A program made the position numbers and the translations under genes. From Vairimorpha necatrix (lineage: Eukaryota), in the NCBI GenBank assembly GCA_036630325.1, contig CP142735.1:496001-560000 (forward strand): a DNA stretch of 64,000 bases, written 5' to 3'. Under the pieces are notes generated by a model. It ran no database searches, was not told the origin of the DNA, and saw nothing but the letters and a program-made list of their open reading frames with translations. Below, piece by piece: positions 35,268-49,079 of the stretch. Each line of letters starts with the position of its first letter. Position 1 is the first letter of the stretch.

Positions 35268-36625
35268 GACAGAAAATATCTACAAATAAGCGTCGAAATT
35301 GACGCTCCCATTATTTTACATGGGTTCATTTCAATATGTGTAGTGTATGGAATTTTTTTTCAGAAGTTGTTGAGAAAATCATTAATAAAAAACATTTTTA
35401 ATTAACTATTTAAACTGTCTGATTGATTTGAATTGTTCTTTTGTATACTTTTTTGAAAAAAACACTCAAAAAGTAAAAAGTAATTTTCTATACTTGTAAA
35501 TTAATCAGAAAATTACTTCCATTGGAGTAACTTGTAATAAATGACTTTTAAATTATTCATAGTGAAACAGATTGGATATTATAGTATAGAAATTAAAAGG
35601 TCATTATATAAGTTGGAATAACTCAATAAAATACAAAATAAGTTGAAATATTAAGTTAGGAATACAGTATCCTCGCAAATGATCTAATTCGATCGAAAAT
35701 TTGCAAAATTTTCAGTATATTATTTAATGAGAGAGGATAAATATTGAATTACCATGTTACGCACAAAAAAGAGAAATAAACACCTTTTTGATCTTACTAA
35801 AATTTATAGTCCTGAATAAGACAGAAAATAATTTCGTTTGAAAGAAAGGAGAATTGTGCTCAAAAAAAATTCCCGTTTATTTCATCTATCAAGAACCAGA
35901 AAGTTTGTAAATGACATTACTACTAAATAATCTATTTACTAATAATGAACAATAATTTTTCTCAAATATGTTAATCCGAAATGAATTATGCCCGATCTTT
36001 TTGCTTCCTTCAATTTTTAAAACACTGCACTAAAATCAACATTCAAAAATGGAGGAGCAAGAAAGGACATGAATTTAAAACCAATTTAATATCAATAATA
36101 ATAAATATGCATAGATTGTCACAAAATTCGATAGTAAATGATATAAAAACTCGCAAATAATGTTTTAGCGCCGGAACGGCTATTTTAAATATGTTTTTTT
36201 TGCACTATAAACCATTTGAGAATATACACATGTGTTTTAATGTCCAACATCTAAAATATAAAAAAAATTTCTACAGATTTATAATCATATACAAGATTTT
36301 TTTACAAATTTCCTTTAAAATTATACCCTCTTTGGTGTCTGTAATACTTAACATAAATTTTAATAGTATTAAAATCATTTACAATTGCATTTAAACCCAT
36401 ATAGTATTTGTTTAAGTTTGCTGTTTATAGTGAAAAGTATTGTTGTTGCCTTCTTGTTCATTTTTTGTCACAACATTTTTGGGTTAGCGAAAAAGGTCTC
36501 TGAAATGCCATACAGTAGTGAATACGCTCAAAAAAAAAACTATCAAAAGTACTAACATTGTCATAAAAACAAGATTGATTACATAAAAATCAAGTATTGT
36601 GATATTTTTCTGACTTGAATCAACA

Positions 36626-36974
36626 TGTGGTAAATTGAACATACCTAATGATTTATAAAAAATTAATTACAATTTAAACGCTGATGCTTCTTCGGAACGA
36701 TCAGTTATGGTCGGATATCATTAGTCAGGCCAATCTAACTTCCTTCTATTGGCTACTATGTGATATAAATAAAGAAATTCCATGAACAACATGATATATC
36801 ACTCGAACACTAAGAAACATCCTTCCTTTTAAAATTTAATAATTCAAATTCTATTTATAACAATAAACAATATATTCCTTTCATCTATCTAAACTCTGGG
36901 GGTCACGCACCCCTAACCGTAGCATTATTGAATGCTTTCTTGCCACTGGCAAGCTCCCCGGTAAATACGCTACA
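36626..36974 (+). mobile_element. Solo LTR, diverged relative of 518-864
   Basis: TGTGG...GCTACA ends; shares CGGAACGATCA, TCACTCGAACACTAA, ACCGTAGCAT, GCAAGCTCCCCGGTAAA with the reverse complement of 518-864; flanks (CAACA/ATGAG) do not form a TSD. Confidence 0.75.
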
Positions 36975-37972
36975 ATGAGTAATTAATTTTCTATATAATT
37001 ATCTATAAGACACCTAAATTACATGTATTTATCTTGTTCTTGCATTCAAATAATTAGAAGAAGATACTTGAGTTTAGTGAACATGTATAATTATATATGC
37101 GAAATATTTGACTTATTTGTTTTATGATTTTTTAATGTATTTCGTCTCTTATCATCATAATTTTGGGATAAAATAGATTTTGTATTTAGCATAACATGAC
37201 TATCAATAGAATAAAAATTTCTTCTTCTATTTAAAAGGCCCAGCCTTTACCTAAATGTGTAAAATTTGATCTTTAAAATGGGTTCCTTATGGATCATATA
37301 TATGAATTCACAATTTATAAATTAAACCATTAACTTACAATTATCTTTAACAGGGCATGTTTCGTACAAGCTTTTTTAATAAAATTATCAAAAATGTTAT
37401 AAGTTAAAAATAATACTTATACTGCAATAAATACTTGAAAATTAGCCTAGAGGAAATCACTCCAAAAACACCTAGTTAAAATACCCTGGTCTTTATTAAA
37501 ATATAACTACTTAAATTAAAGAATAAATTTTTTTGGATATATAATGCAAAGATTTACCATTTTAAAGATTAGTTTTATACTCACAGAGCTGGTTACCCAA
37601 ATACTAATCTCTTTTTTTATAACATTTAATTTAGACTCCAACAAATTGATAAATGGACGATTAATTAAATAAAGATTATTTTTTTTATAAATTGTCATTT
37701 TGTTTTTATATTTTAAAGTTAAGCATTAATAATAAACATCGGTTAATTTACTTTTTCGTTTTTTAGCTATTTTTATATATTATTTATAATTAAAGGTGTG
37801 TTTTTATAAAAGGTGTGATTGAAGACTATAAAGATACTTAATTTTTCATTATAAAAAAACATGACTTTGTGCCCAATAACTTTATCCGATTTAGAAAAAT
37901 GTTATAAGATGTTTTTTTAGGGAACATAGATTGTAGATAAAGATTATTAATACACAAATAACTTAAATTTCT

Positions 37973-39214
37973 TTATTTAATTTTTACGTAAATAGTGATC
38001 AACATCACTGAATTAACGAATCCCAAAGCCAGCAAGCCCCAAATAATCATGTTGGTATATCCATCGTCGCCTTTACTTGGCTGCTTATTATCATCATTTT
38101 TGGAGGGTTCAGGATTTTTTTTAGGTGGATTAGGTCCGCCGTCATTGATAGGAGGGATTGGTCCGCCATTAGCCGAGGGACTCAAAGATTTGTTTTCTTC
38201 ATTCTTACTAGTCAAATTCTTCTCATCTGCGTTGCTTTCACTGCTTTTATTTTTATCACTAATAGTAGAAACATCTAAAGATTTAGTCTCTTGAAGGCCA
38301 TTATCTGGGTTTACAGCTTCGACAGTCGCATCCTTTAATTCTTTTTCAGTAACATCAGAGTTACTTCCTTTTATTTCTTCAGTAGGGTCTTCCTGAGTTG
38401 TTCGACCACAAGTAGTAATTGGTTTATCTTTATCAGCATTTCCTACGGCGGGGTTAGATGCATCATTTTTGGAAGAAAATTCCGAACCACTCACTTCTTC
38501 TTTTTTGGCATTATCCGCAGCTTTATCGATAGCGCCAGATGAAGTTTGATTATTTTCCCCTTGTTCTTTGTTTGTTGAAGAATCGGGTGCAGTAACATTT
38601 TGAGAAGATTCTGAACCACTCACTTCTTCTTTTTTGGCATTATCAGCAGCTTGATTGATAGCGCCAGATGAAGTTTGTTTAGTTTCCCCCTGTTCTTTAT
38701 TTGTTGAAGAATCAGGTGCAGTAACACTTTGAGAAAATTCAGTTTGCTCTCCTAGTTCTTTAACACCAGGCACATTGGTTCCAACTGGCTTTTCGTTTGC
38801 TGTAGATTGTTTCTCTACATTGACATTTCCAGCTGATTGATCTCCAGTTGGTTGGTTTTCTATATTTTTGGGGGTGTTAGACACTTTTTCGCTGTAAATT
38901 TTACCATTTTGATCAATTACAAAAATTTTGTCCTTTACTGCATCTTCTGCTTTAACTTCTGAGTTACTAACAGGTCCCCTTTGTGCAGAATTTCTTGTTT
39001 CTTTTTTCTGTTGTTCTTCTTTTGGTTTATTGTCGGATGTTATATCAGGAAGATCAGTAGATGGGTTGACTGAACTACCAGTAGTTAGTTGTTTATCTTT
39101 TGATGGTGCCACAGTTTTTATACTCTTAGATCTCTTACCAGCTGCCTCCTTTTTTGCTTGTCTTCTTGCTGTTTTGCTTGCTAAAGATAGACTCAGTAAG
39201 AACAATATATTCAT
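37973..39214 (-). CDS. 413-aa low-complexity putative surface protein (signal peptide, 43-aa repeats, Pro-rich stalk, C-terminal TM)
   Basis: MNILFLLSLSLA; CCCC upstream of ATG; C-terminal IIWGLLALGFVNSVMLITIYV; paralogue at 59867-61168. Confidence 0.9.
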   Translation of the reverse strand: MNILFLLSLSLASKTARRQAKKEAAGKRSKSIKTVAPSKDKQLTTGSSVNPSTDLPDITSDNKPKEEQQKKETRNSAQRGPVSNSEVKAEDAVKDKIFVIDQNGKIYSEKVSNTPKNIENQPTGDQSAGNVNVEKQSTANEKPVGTNVPGVKELGEQTEFSQSVTAPDSSTNKEQGETKQTSSGAINQAADNAKKEEVSGSESSQNVTAPDSSTNKEQGENNQTSSGAIDKAADNAKKEEVSGSEFSSKNDASNPAVGNADKDKPITTCGRTTQEDPTEEIKGSNSDVTEKELKDATVEAVNPDNGLQETKSLDVSTISDKNKSSESNADEKNLTSKNEENKSLSPSANGGPIPPINDGGPNPPKKNPEPSKNDDNKQPSKGDDGYTNMIIWGLLALGFVNSVMLITIYVKIK

Positions 39215-41469
39215 TTTTGGGGATTAATATAATTTTTTTTATTTATACTTTTTAAAAAAAGGAGAATTTTTTTAGAAAGTATGTCATCAAATGTAAATTA
39301 AAAACTGCTACTACAATTATTAAGATTATATTTCTTGGACAAAGTTTGATAATGGAAAATCGATTGATTTTTTTGACAGGCGTTCTGATGTGATTATGAA
39401 AATTTTGACATGTATCTAACTTTATAAAGTATGCACTTAAAAATAAAATAAAGTAAAAGTTTTTTTTTATTAATATAACTTTTTTTTAATATATCTTAGT
39501 AATTTCTTTTCAAAAAAAAGCATGTTCATTTTTACAAATAATTATTGTATTATCACATGTTCAAGCTCTTATAAATTTCAGAAATTACATATTAAAAAAA
39601 AAAAATTTCTTTAAAATTTTTATTTTTTGCACTTACTGAAGTTAATATTTTCAGTTTAACAACTGAAGCTACTGGTACTGTTATTACATTAGTTAATTTT
39701 TTTTTTGATATATGTTGTAATCTAAATTCTAACGACATGTCAATTTTCTCAATTAAAATACGGCCGAATTTTTTTAAAAAATTATTTGTTACTAAAATTT
39801 TATTATAAAGGAAGTAAAAGAATATGACGTCTCAAAAAAAAGGGAGCAAAAATATTACAAAAAGGATTGAAACATTATTCAGTGGAATTTACTCATCATG
39901 AAAATTTTCCAAGACTGCAACTTTAGATTTAAATAATATTTTAAAGAAAATGTTTACATCAAATTTTTTTTCTTTTTTTCCAAATAAAATTGCTTGGCGA
40001 GTAACAAAAAGAAGAGACAGTGACGACAACAACGATTAAGAGGCATTACTTCTTACCCTCTCACACTAGGAATGATTTTAGTACGTCAAGGCAATTGATG
40101 TGCTTAGATATACTAGGAAAGAAGTTGCTCGGAGGAACTATAAATGTGAAACTTACAGTCATCTCATTTTCTAGGCGGAAACGCCACAGAAATGGGTTTG
40201 ATGTTTAGTAAAATAAAAAACCAAATATTTTTCAGAGATTTTTTACATTGAATACTGAGCTATTTTGATTTAGTTCTGATTATAAGATAGAGAAATAAAA
40301 TGCGGAGACAAAATAAAATAATTTTTATTTACTTTAATTTTAACTATCTTTAACTATTAGTTTTAAATAATTTCTTACTTCACATAGAAATTTTTAACCA
40401 AGATTAGCCTCGATCATTCCCTGTAAAAATCTTGATTTTAGTTTTTTATTTTGCCAATCATATGTAAAGAATATAGTAATATATAAATAAATGAAATTTT
40501 AGTCGAGGGAGATATTGTATACTCCACGAAATTGTTTTTTCTATATAATAACACAAACATGATATATCTTTCTTCAGGGGAATATAAGAACCAATGAATT
40601 ACATTAGACAAAGCAATATAGATGTCACAAAAATTGTAATTATTAGATCTAAAAACTTTTTTTTACTACATATAAAATATATTATTATTGTCGCTACTTA
40701 AATTCAAAATTCCGGAGACTAAAAAATTAAAACATACTTATAACAAGAGTATTTATATAAAAGTCTCTGCATAAATATCATTTGTTATTTTAAATATTCT
40801 ATAAAAATCGAAAACCATATATATCTTCCATATATACTTTCATGATTCCTCATCTTGTTCTCAATTCAATCTTTAATGACTCTTAATATATATGTTAGTG
40901 TGCTTTCCCTAGTCATTAGTTAAAGTCAACTTTATGATTAACAACTCTATGCACAGATCCAATGCCGGGAACAGGAGAATGATAAAATGTAAAAACATAA
41001 GTTCATATTATCGTTTCTTAAATACACCCTCCCAAATAGCTCTAGCATTACAGGTGCACTTTTTTATAATAAATTTTAAGAAAATAGTCGTCAGCTTCAT
41101 TTTCTATGCCTCAAACAGATAAAGTCGTCCTATGTGCTTCCTCTCTTCTATAGTATTCGCAATGATACGACCTCTATGTATTGCCTCATATCGACCTATA
41201 AAGTTTCCCTATATTTTACAAAAATTGGTATCAATTTATTTTTTCAAGAAATAGGTATTGAAAGGAATATACATGATCTCAAAAACCGTACAAATTACAC
41301 AGACAATAAGTTGTCTTTTTTATATCTGCAATACAACATTCTTAATTGCATGTACGTATTATCCTAAATTCTTTAGGAACTAAAATTTTTAGACTATTTC
41401 TTTTTTAAAGCCATATGTACAATAAAATTTTATGTTTTCGATGTAGTTTTTAAATTTGACTTTGTAATA

Positions 41470-42758
41470 CAGGGTTAGCAATTTTTTCGTCCAACTTTTG
41501 CATTTTTTATAGTCCAACTTTTGCATTTTTTATAGTCCAACTTTTGCATTTTTTATAGTCCAACTTTTGCATTTTTATAGTCCAACTTTTGAAAAAAAAT
41601 AACAAAAACCCAGAATTTGATACAATGAACAATCAATAGAATTATGTGTAAATAATATACAACCTCATTTAATTAGATAAACTCGTTTTTCTGCCTTGCC
41701 ATTTCTAGCCATCTTGCCATATTAGTGTAGAACCCATTACCCGAAAGGCTAAAATCATTGTTCAACACTTGCTCCAAATCTGTTTCTACTGTATTATTTA
41801 AGTTTCGTATAGCACAAAACCTCGATTTTATCATAGAAAAAAATTCTTCAATAGGATTAAGATGTGGGGAATATAGAGGCAAAAAAACATAAGATATGCC
41901 TAATTCTCTTAACTAATCCAATACTTCTCTTGAATGATAAAATTTAGCATTATCCATTATTAAAATCTTTTCAGGATTTGTTTGAAAAAAATTGACAAGA
42001 TTTCTTATAATAAATTCGACGAATAGAGCAGAATTATATACGCCCCTTTTCATTTCGTATGCTATTTTATTCGATTTTGAAATCACGCAAAGACAACTTA
42101 AATTTTTGCCTCGATTTGCGGGGACTGTTTTAAATGCTTTTTTTATAAGAAACCCCATAATGCCTTGTGGTATGGGCATTAAATCCAGTTTCATCCAAAA
42201 AATCAAATTTTCTAGTGAATACCCCGATATTTCCATGGCATATTCAGCTCTTTTATCAATTTTGTCCTGTGAATTACGCTCTGCAGGAATTAGAGATAGT
42301 CTTTTTCTTGTAATATTGCGATATTTCAACTTTCGAGAAATAGTAGACAAAGGCATTGAAACATTTGCTAAAGTATTTAGTTCTTCTTTGATTTCACTAA
42401 GAGTCTTGTCAGTACAACGTGCAATTATGTTTTTTAGCACAAGGTCGATAGGCTTTAATACACTATGAGATGATACTTTGATACGATTTATTGTACTTGT
42501 AAAGGAAATGGATTCTCCCTCTAACATTTTTCTATGTATCCTCCAAACTGTTTTATAACTTAGAGCTAATGTAGTAGCTATATCTTTTAATGTCAAGTTT
42601 TCATTTTTTATATGTTTTTCAATAAGTTTTAAGATATCTGGAGTGACTGTAGATCTTGGTTTTCTAGGCATTAGGGGGGTTTCCAAATAAACAAGGCCTG
42701 GGGAAAAAAAATGGACTATAAAAATGCAAAAGTTGGACTATAAAAATGCAAACCCCTG
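41470..42758 (-). mobile_element. Tc1-like (DD34E) transposon, transposase with one frameshift and an in-frame stop
   Basis: TA at both ends; TIR CAGGG..TGCA with repeated GTCCAACTTTTGCATTTTTTATA; FLDETG (shifted frame), IMDNAK...34...YSPHLNPIE; absent from duplicate copy 2. Confidence 0.92.
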
Positions 42759-42923
42759 TAAAACAACACACACTTTATAGTATATCTGTATTAGTTTTAA
42801 ACTTAGAAACACTTTATGGCGGCTTCCTCATTAATAAATATTATGCTGTAGAGTTTTCTAATTTGCTTTGAGAGTGAAAAATCAAAATTATAAATCACGG
42901 GCATATATAATTATTTTACGTTT

Positions 42924-44228
42924 GAAGTAATTTGCACTTTAGTCCCCCCTACCAATATAAGTACAAAATTTTTCATTTTTAGCCCCGATTTTTGAAAGTC
43001 AAAACGAAAAAAATGAGAAAGAGAAAGAAAAAATATTAAAAAATTAAATTTATTAAATATGTTAAAAAATCATCTTTAAATTTCTTAAAGGCATATATCT
43101 CAACAAATATGGCCAAATTAGATTCTTAGTCCTACATCTAACAGGAGTTTGATGTTTAATTGCTGCCCAATTTCCTTCTATTGTATTAGTGTGTACCTTA
43201 GTTATAGAGTCTTAAAATATTTGCTATGATTTTCAGTAGCATGTTTCTTGATGTACTCTTCCATTTTAGAGTATCCTTTCCACATGTAAGAGTGCACTGT
43301 GGAGTCATTATTAATATATAACATTATAACTTTTTTAATATTTCTTTCGATCTATTTGAACAGGAGAAAAAATTATTTCTCTTTCTAATGTCTTTTCAAC
43401 CATTCAAAAAATCCGGACTTCCTTAATTCTATGGCCTACGTTATATTTACGCTTACCAAATTTGCTTTCATCAATTTCGACTACCATATCCATACCACCT
43501 ATTAAACTCGTTTTTTCTTCTATGTATTTGAAATAAGCTTGATTTAAATAAAATTGCTTAAGGCATCTAGTAACAGAGTAGGAATTGATGTATAACAACT
43601 TTGCGATATGAGTTGGCGAAATTTTTGTCATGCAAAGGTTTTAAATCTCTAACATTAAGATGTGATCCAAGTGGTTTTTGCAAAAACGGAATTTGCGAAA
43701 AGACTTCTTTCTTTTTAGCATTTTTTTTTGTTAATGCATATCACAACATTTTGCTTGTTTATTCTAAGTTTTACTGTATAAACACATTTACTACATGGTA
43801 TTTGAAGTAGTTTATATTTTATTACTTCATATAAATCGATAATTTCTTTGTTTTCAGCATAAGAGGGAACAATTTCTAAAGTTTTAAATTAGATAAATAC
43901 AAGCAAAATTACGTTAAATAGTCTATACACATAAAATTGTAACAATTTAATTTATCACTTTTTTTTAATGCTGATATTTTTTTTGATAAATAAAATTTTT
44001 TTGTTCAAATAGAAAGCTTTTTAAGCTATAAACACCATATATGAATGTCTAAAGATAAAATAATGTTTTTGAATTATTATTTTTTTTGTTTAACGTTTTT
44101 ATGTAAGACTTTTTTATTTCGAGTTTTCCCCCTTCTCGTTTTTTTTCGTTTTGACTTTCAAAAATCAGTACTAAACATAAAAAATTCTGTATTTATATAG
44201 GTAAGGGGGACTAAAGTGCAAATGCTCC
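42924..44228 (-). mobile_element. Merlin/IS1016 (ISXO2-like) transposon, decayed; ends approximate
   Basis: Long TIRs ATTTGCACTTTAGTCCCCC...TTTTTGAAAGTCAAAACGAAAAAAA; VVEIDESKFGKRKYNVG and VHTNTIEGNW; absent from duplicate copy 2. Confidence 0.88.
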
Positions 44229-46519
44229 GATGTTTTAATAACATATGGTCAGGTTTTTAGCCTTTTTGTTTTTGGATATAAAAAGCGCCAAAAGAAGATT
44301 TACAACAACAAAAAATAATTATAATGGCACAAAAATAAAAGAAAATAATATATAACCGCAAAATTAGACAATAAAAAAGTCAAAATTTTAAAAAATAGTT
44401 CATATTATGAAGTTTGACTTATATTTTAAGTTGTCAACATAGATCTTATGAGATTATTCTTTTTATTGTCTAATTTTTTAGTTTTTCTTCCCGAGCTGAC
44501 CGCCTCGTCGCTCAAAAAAACGGCGCCAACAAAAAAAAATTTTATTTGTTTGGCAAGGAATATAAATGAAAATGTATTATTTTTAAGTTTGATTTTAATG
44601 CCGACTATAATATTGACACAGAAAACGTATTTTCTAGAAGACTGAGATTTAAATAACATTTAAATTGCAAATATAAAGAAATAAATATTTGACAAATTCA
44701 TATTTATTGAAAATTTAAACTACTAATCATAAGTGGAATGTTTCAAAACATTTGTCATACCCTCACTATGATCAATTATACCCAAGGAAATAGTTGTTTC
44801 AGATTAATGTTTTAATTGGTACTCGAATAACTAAAAATTTAATTTGTTTCGGAAAAAAATACTAAAAATTATTTTTAAATAAATATGAATACTCTTTAAC
44901 CTGCAAATCTCTTTACATCTCTTTTTGAAAGACTAACAAGATGCCGCCAAGATATGGCAACATTCATAATGCGTTGATCTGCGAATAAGAATATTAAATA
45001 ACATTGTTCTTCTTTTTAAAAGTCTCTTTTGGTTTTAGCGGTCGGAAAAAAATGGTTTATAAGTTTGCTTCAATAATGTCAAAAATTATTTTAAGCACGT
45101 CCAAAAGGATAGATTGTATGATCTAATTTTTGAAAAAATACATGCTAAACACAGTTTGTTTGTAAAGCAAATGTTCATTGATATATATTTTGTTTAAAAA
45201 GGAATAAAGTTGGATAGAAATTACACAAAAAAATATTAGTATTAATATTTAATGATTAGAAAAGCGTCAATTGTCTTTATCATATTTTGATCATATCTCG
45301 TATATAATTATTGTCAAGTTAGTTTCAATATAAAGATTTGTATGGGGTTGGAACATAAAGTTTCATTATTTAATTGTTTTTAACTCATGATATACTTCAT
45401 AGAGCAATTTGCTCAAATAATTTTTGAAAATCTTTGGCTATTATCAACATTTTGTAAAAACAATGAAGGGTCCAAATTTTTAAAAGTTCACTTTTTAGAA
45501 AAGGAATAGCAATCCGACAAAAATAAACAGTAATCAAATGTAAAAATATAATAATTAACATTATATTAATTTAAATTTATCAAAAAATTAATAATGATTT
45601 GAAGGAGCCTTGAGTCATATTTCTTTTAAACATGTAGAAAATTAAATAAATTTCAGCAAGTCCATATGTCATACACTCATTCGATACGCTATACTAGAAA
45701 GGAAAGATATACGAGCCAGAACAGATCTAGAGGCATCTTGAATAAAAGAAACACATTTATACACCTGGGGAAGGTATGCAAGCTGCTGATGCCGTAGAAT
45801 CTACGTTGAATTAGTTAGGTTATTAACTGACAAGCGAGTCAGACGTGCAATTCTCTTAGAATCCTGCTGACGCAGGTCACAGACACCCCTGTCTGTGGTT
45901 CTAATCCTAGGGGATAATTTTTCTCGTACAAGCAAGGCCATAGGCATGTTTGTTTGTACTACAAATTATTGGCTGTTGAAGTTTTAATTGTTGGGTGGAT
46001 TTTATTTAATTTTAATGAAAAAAATATTTTTGAACTAAATCGAACAAGGTTATTGCGAGGATAACGTATTTTCGAAACTTGTTCCTGCTTTTTTTAAAAT
46101 TTCTATTTTATTCATTCCAGCTTCTATACTTACCGTTTTTCCTTATTTATAATTAACAAATCATATTCATTTTGTGCATCATATATATAATAAATGATTT
46201 CAAGTAGCCTAATTTAGTGTATTGATTCGACATAATTTTTGTACATAACATTCGCAATAATTCTTTGCAGTGTCATATTGTGGTCCCCTCTAGTGAGGGA
46301 GCCAAAACGAAAATATTGCTCCAATAGGGGGCGAATGTAAGTTTGTTTTTTAACTGTTTTATTTATGTTAGAAATTATCTTTGGGGTTCCCATATTAGTT
46401 GTATTGTCATATTGATAATTTCTGTGTCTCTCATTTTATTGTACCTTTCTTTGAATATTTTTTATTTGTGAAAAATAATCTCTATAAAATGCTTTTTTGT
46501 ATGATATTAAAATAAATTA

Positions 46520-47190
46520 AAATTAAATGTCGAGAATAGTAGAGATGGGGTATTTAATAATATATTCGCTATTTATTGTTATCCAACATCCCGCCAGAAA
46601 ATAGGAATGCGGTCTACTAATCTTTTTTACAATTTGGCTTTTTAAACATTTTTCTGATTCATGTCCCCGTTGTTTACAAAAACTGCAACTTTTCTTATTG
46701 GTGAGCTTATTCCCTCTTGTTCTGCTTGTAAGTATTTTAGAAGTGTGAGCCAAGAATTCCTTTATATCAGTGTGTAGTCTCAACATTACGTGGACTTCCA
46801 CAACTCCCATAGCAACAGTAAGGCTTAGAAAATTTATTATCACTTAATCCGTGGTTTTAAGTTGTTTTAAGTCCTTTACAAGTCAGCCAAAGTATTCGGT
46901 TACTGTTTCAGTGCTTTCCCTTGTATGCACATACTTTTAAAAAGCTGTAAACTGTGAGTTTTTGATCTTCAGCACATTTTTCGATGCCCTTCCATGTTGT
47001 AAAACCTTCTTGTAATATATACTCACCCGAATCGATACGTGCATTCCTAATAATATAATTGAATTTATACTTGTCTTTAGACTAGACTGCAGGTTCAAGA
47101 ATCTTATTTTCATATTTAAAGTTGACCTGATATGGTTTTAGTATCTTGACTAGTTTCTGTTTCCTTTTAAGGGTAATAAATAAAAATTTA
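46520..47190 (-). pseudogene. Decayed gag-like remnant
   Basis: CCHC knuckle CSFCKQRGHESEKC; upstream fragment ESTETVTEYF. Confidence 0.5.
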
Positions 47191-47522
47191 TGTCTTTTGG
47201 GTTTCACCAAACGATCAGATAGTTTGTATTGATATAGCTAAGAATATTTTTTAATCAGTTTGTCGTTTACTTTTACTAAATAGAAGTCGTTTATTACACT
47301 GTACGAATCATTTCTTTTCAATGTATTTATCGTTGAGGTGTCTTGTGCCTGCATTGGATTTTGTTGAATAACACTTTTTCTACTATTTCAAAGTTTTCAC
47401 GCGGGAGTTTTATAAATTCTTTTCCGTATTTTGAATCTTTGTTATTCAATTCTTTCAATAATTTATTATCAGGATCATTCCATGCTTCGATCACCGTACA
47501 ACCTATTGCTTTATTAAATGTA

Positions 47523-49079
47523 CCGGGGTTTCCGGGTTAAGAGATCCACCCATATAAGAGACCATGGATCTCTTATATGGGTGGATCTCTTATAAGGATA
47601 TAAAATATTTAAAATTTCTTTTAAATTTTTTTTTCTAAATTTACCCCCATGAAAAAGAAATCTTACACTCTAAAAGAAAAATTAGCAGGATTACAAAGAT
47701 TGCGTGAAAACAATGGAAATTTAAGTATGACTGCTCTAGAGTTGCAGATTACTAGGAAAATGCTTCGTTATTGAAAAAAGGCCGAAGTTAAAATGTTAGT
47801 CCAAAGCAACATTAAAAATATTAAAAGAATGCGTGCCGGCACTTCTGCCAAATGGCCTCCTCTTGAAAAAATGTTGGTGGATTGGGTGAAGTTAGAGCGA
47901 GGTAAAAAGAAGCGAATTATCTCAACTTATAATATTAGAGATAAGGCTTTTGAAATAGCAGAGAAGTTGTCCATTACAGATTTTAAGGCAAGTATGAGTT
48001 GGTTGATGGGGTTCAAAAGAAGAAATCATTTTTCATTTAGAAAAATAACATCTTTTGGACAGGAAGACAACAGAAGGCCTCAAAAGATTAAAGAAACCGT
48101 GTTGAATTATTTTGAAGCTTTTAATCATAAATTTAACTGTATGGACAGCCAAACAGTGGTGTATAATATGGATGAAACTCCTGTTTACATTGATATGATG
48201 CAATCGCGGACATTATCATTTACCGGCGAAAAAAACACTGAGGCATATACAACTGGAAATCTTAAGACTAAAATTTCCGTCGTTATTACTATTTCTTCAG
48301 AAGGTACTGTTTTAAGGGGAATGGCCATTTTAAAAGGCCTTAAAAACCCGCCAAAATGCTTTGTGCCAAATAATCTTTTTGTAGTTACATCTGAATCAGG
48401 GAACATGGATCAAAATCTGATGTTATTATGGCCGTGCATGTTTAAACAAATATGGGCCATTTGAAAATAGAAAAAAAAAACTTCTTATTCTTGACACCTA
48501 TAAATCTCACTATACTGAAAAAGTTATGGAAAGTTTTGCTAATAATAACATTGAAACCGTTTTAATTCCCCCCAAAACTACGTCTTATTTACAACCATTG
48601 GATGTTTTGATAAATTCTTCATTTAAGGCCGAATTAAAAAGAAAATGGCAGGAATGGCTTGCAAACGGGCCAAAGGAATATACAAATAAAGGTTATAGGC
48701 GTAGACCGAGCTGGGAATATATTTTGAATTCAATAGCGGATGCATTAAAAAAAATAACTCCTGAAATGGCTTCTAAGGCTTTTAGATTGTGTGGAACAGA
48801 TTCAATTTTTCATGAAAACAATACTTTTAATTTAAACTATAAACTTCAAGATGTTCTTAATTGTGCTGAAATTGAAGACGAAGGCCTAGACTGTGAAAAT
48901 TTGTTTGAAGATTTTATAGAAATTTAAATGTTTATTACAATAAAGGGTTCATTTTTTCTAATATAATTTTTTTACCATTTGGCTTGGGAGGTAAATCTCT
49001 TATACTAGTATAAAAATTTCTTTTAAAAAAGTCGCAAAATTTGACTTTTGGGGTGGATCTCTTAACCCGGAAAACCCGG
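47523..49079 (+). mobile_element. pogo-superfamily (POGK/Passer-like, DD35D) transposon, one stop and one frameshift
   Basis: TA flanks; TIR CCGGG(G/T)TTTCCGGGTTAAGAGATCCACCC; ORF from 47649 with CENP-B HTH FKASMSWLMGFKRR, NMDETP, ILDTYKSH...35...LQPLD. Confidence 0.93.

Larger units (their letters stand above)
37090..44730. repeat. Segmental duplication, copy 1 (direct repeat of about 57275-64000)
   Basis: Collinear diverged homology throughout once TE insertions are removed, e.g. TTAACTTACAATTATCTTTAACAGGGCAT and GGCGGAAACGCCACAGAAATG in both. Confidence 0.9.

Noticed and set aside
39900-41450. Short ORFs in the duplicated flank (and 61900-63370)
   Set aside because: Reading frames are not conserved between the two copies; at most an old pseudogene that I cannot identify
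41485-41592. Five regular 22-23-bp repeats resembling a CRISPR array
   Set aside because: No unique spacers; they are subterminal repeats of the Tc1 TIR, mirrored at the other end; eukaryotic context
46270-46400. Possible PPT (AGGGGGCGAA) followed by TGT, an LTR start on the plus strand
   Set aside because: No second copy, CA end or TSD could be found
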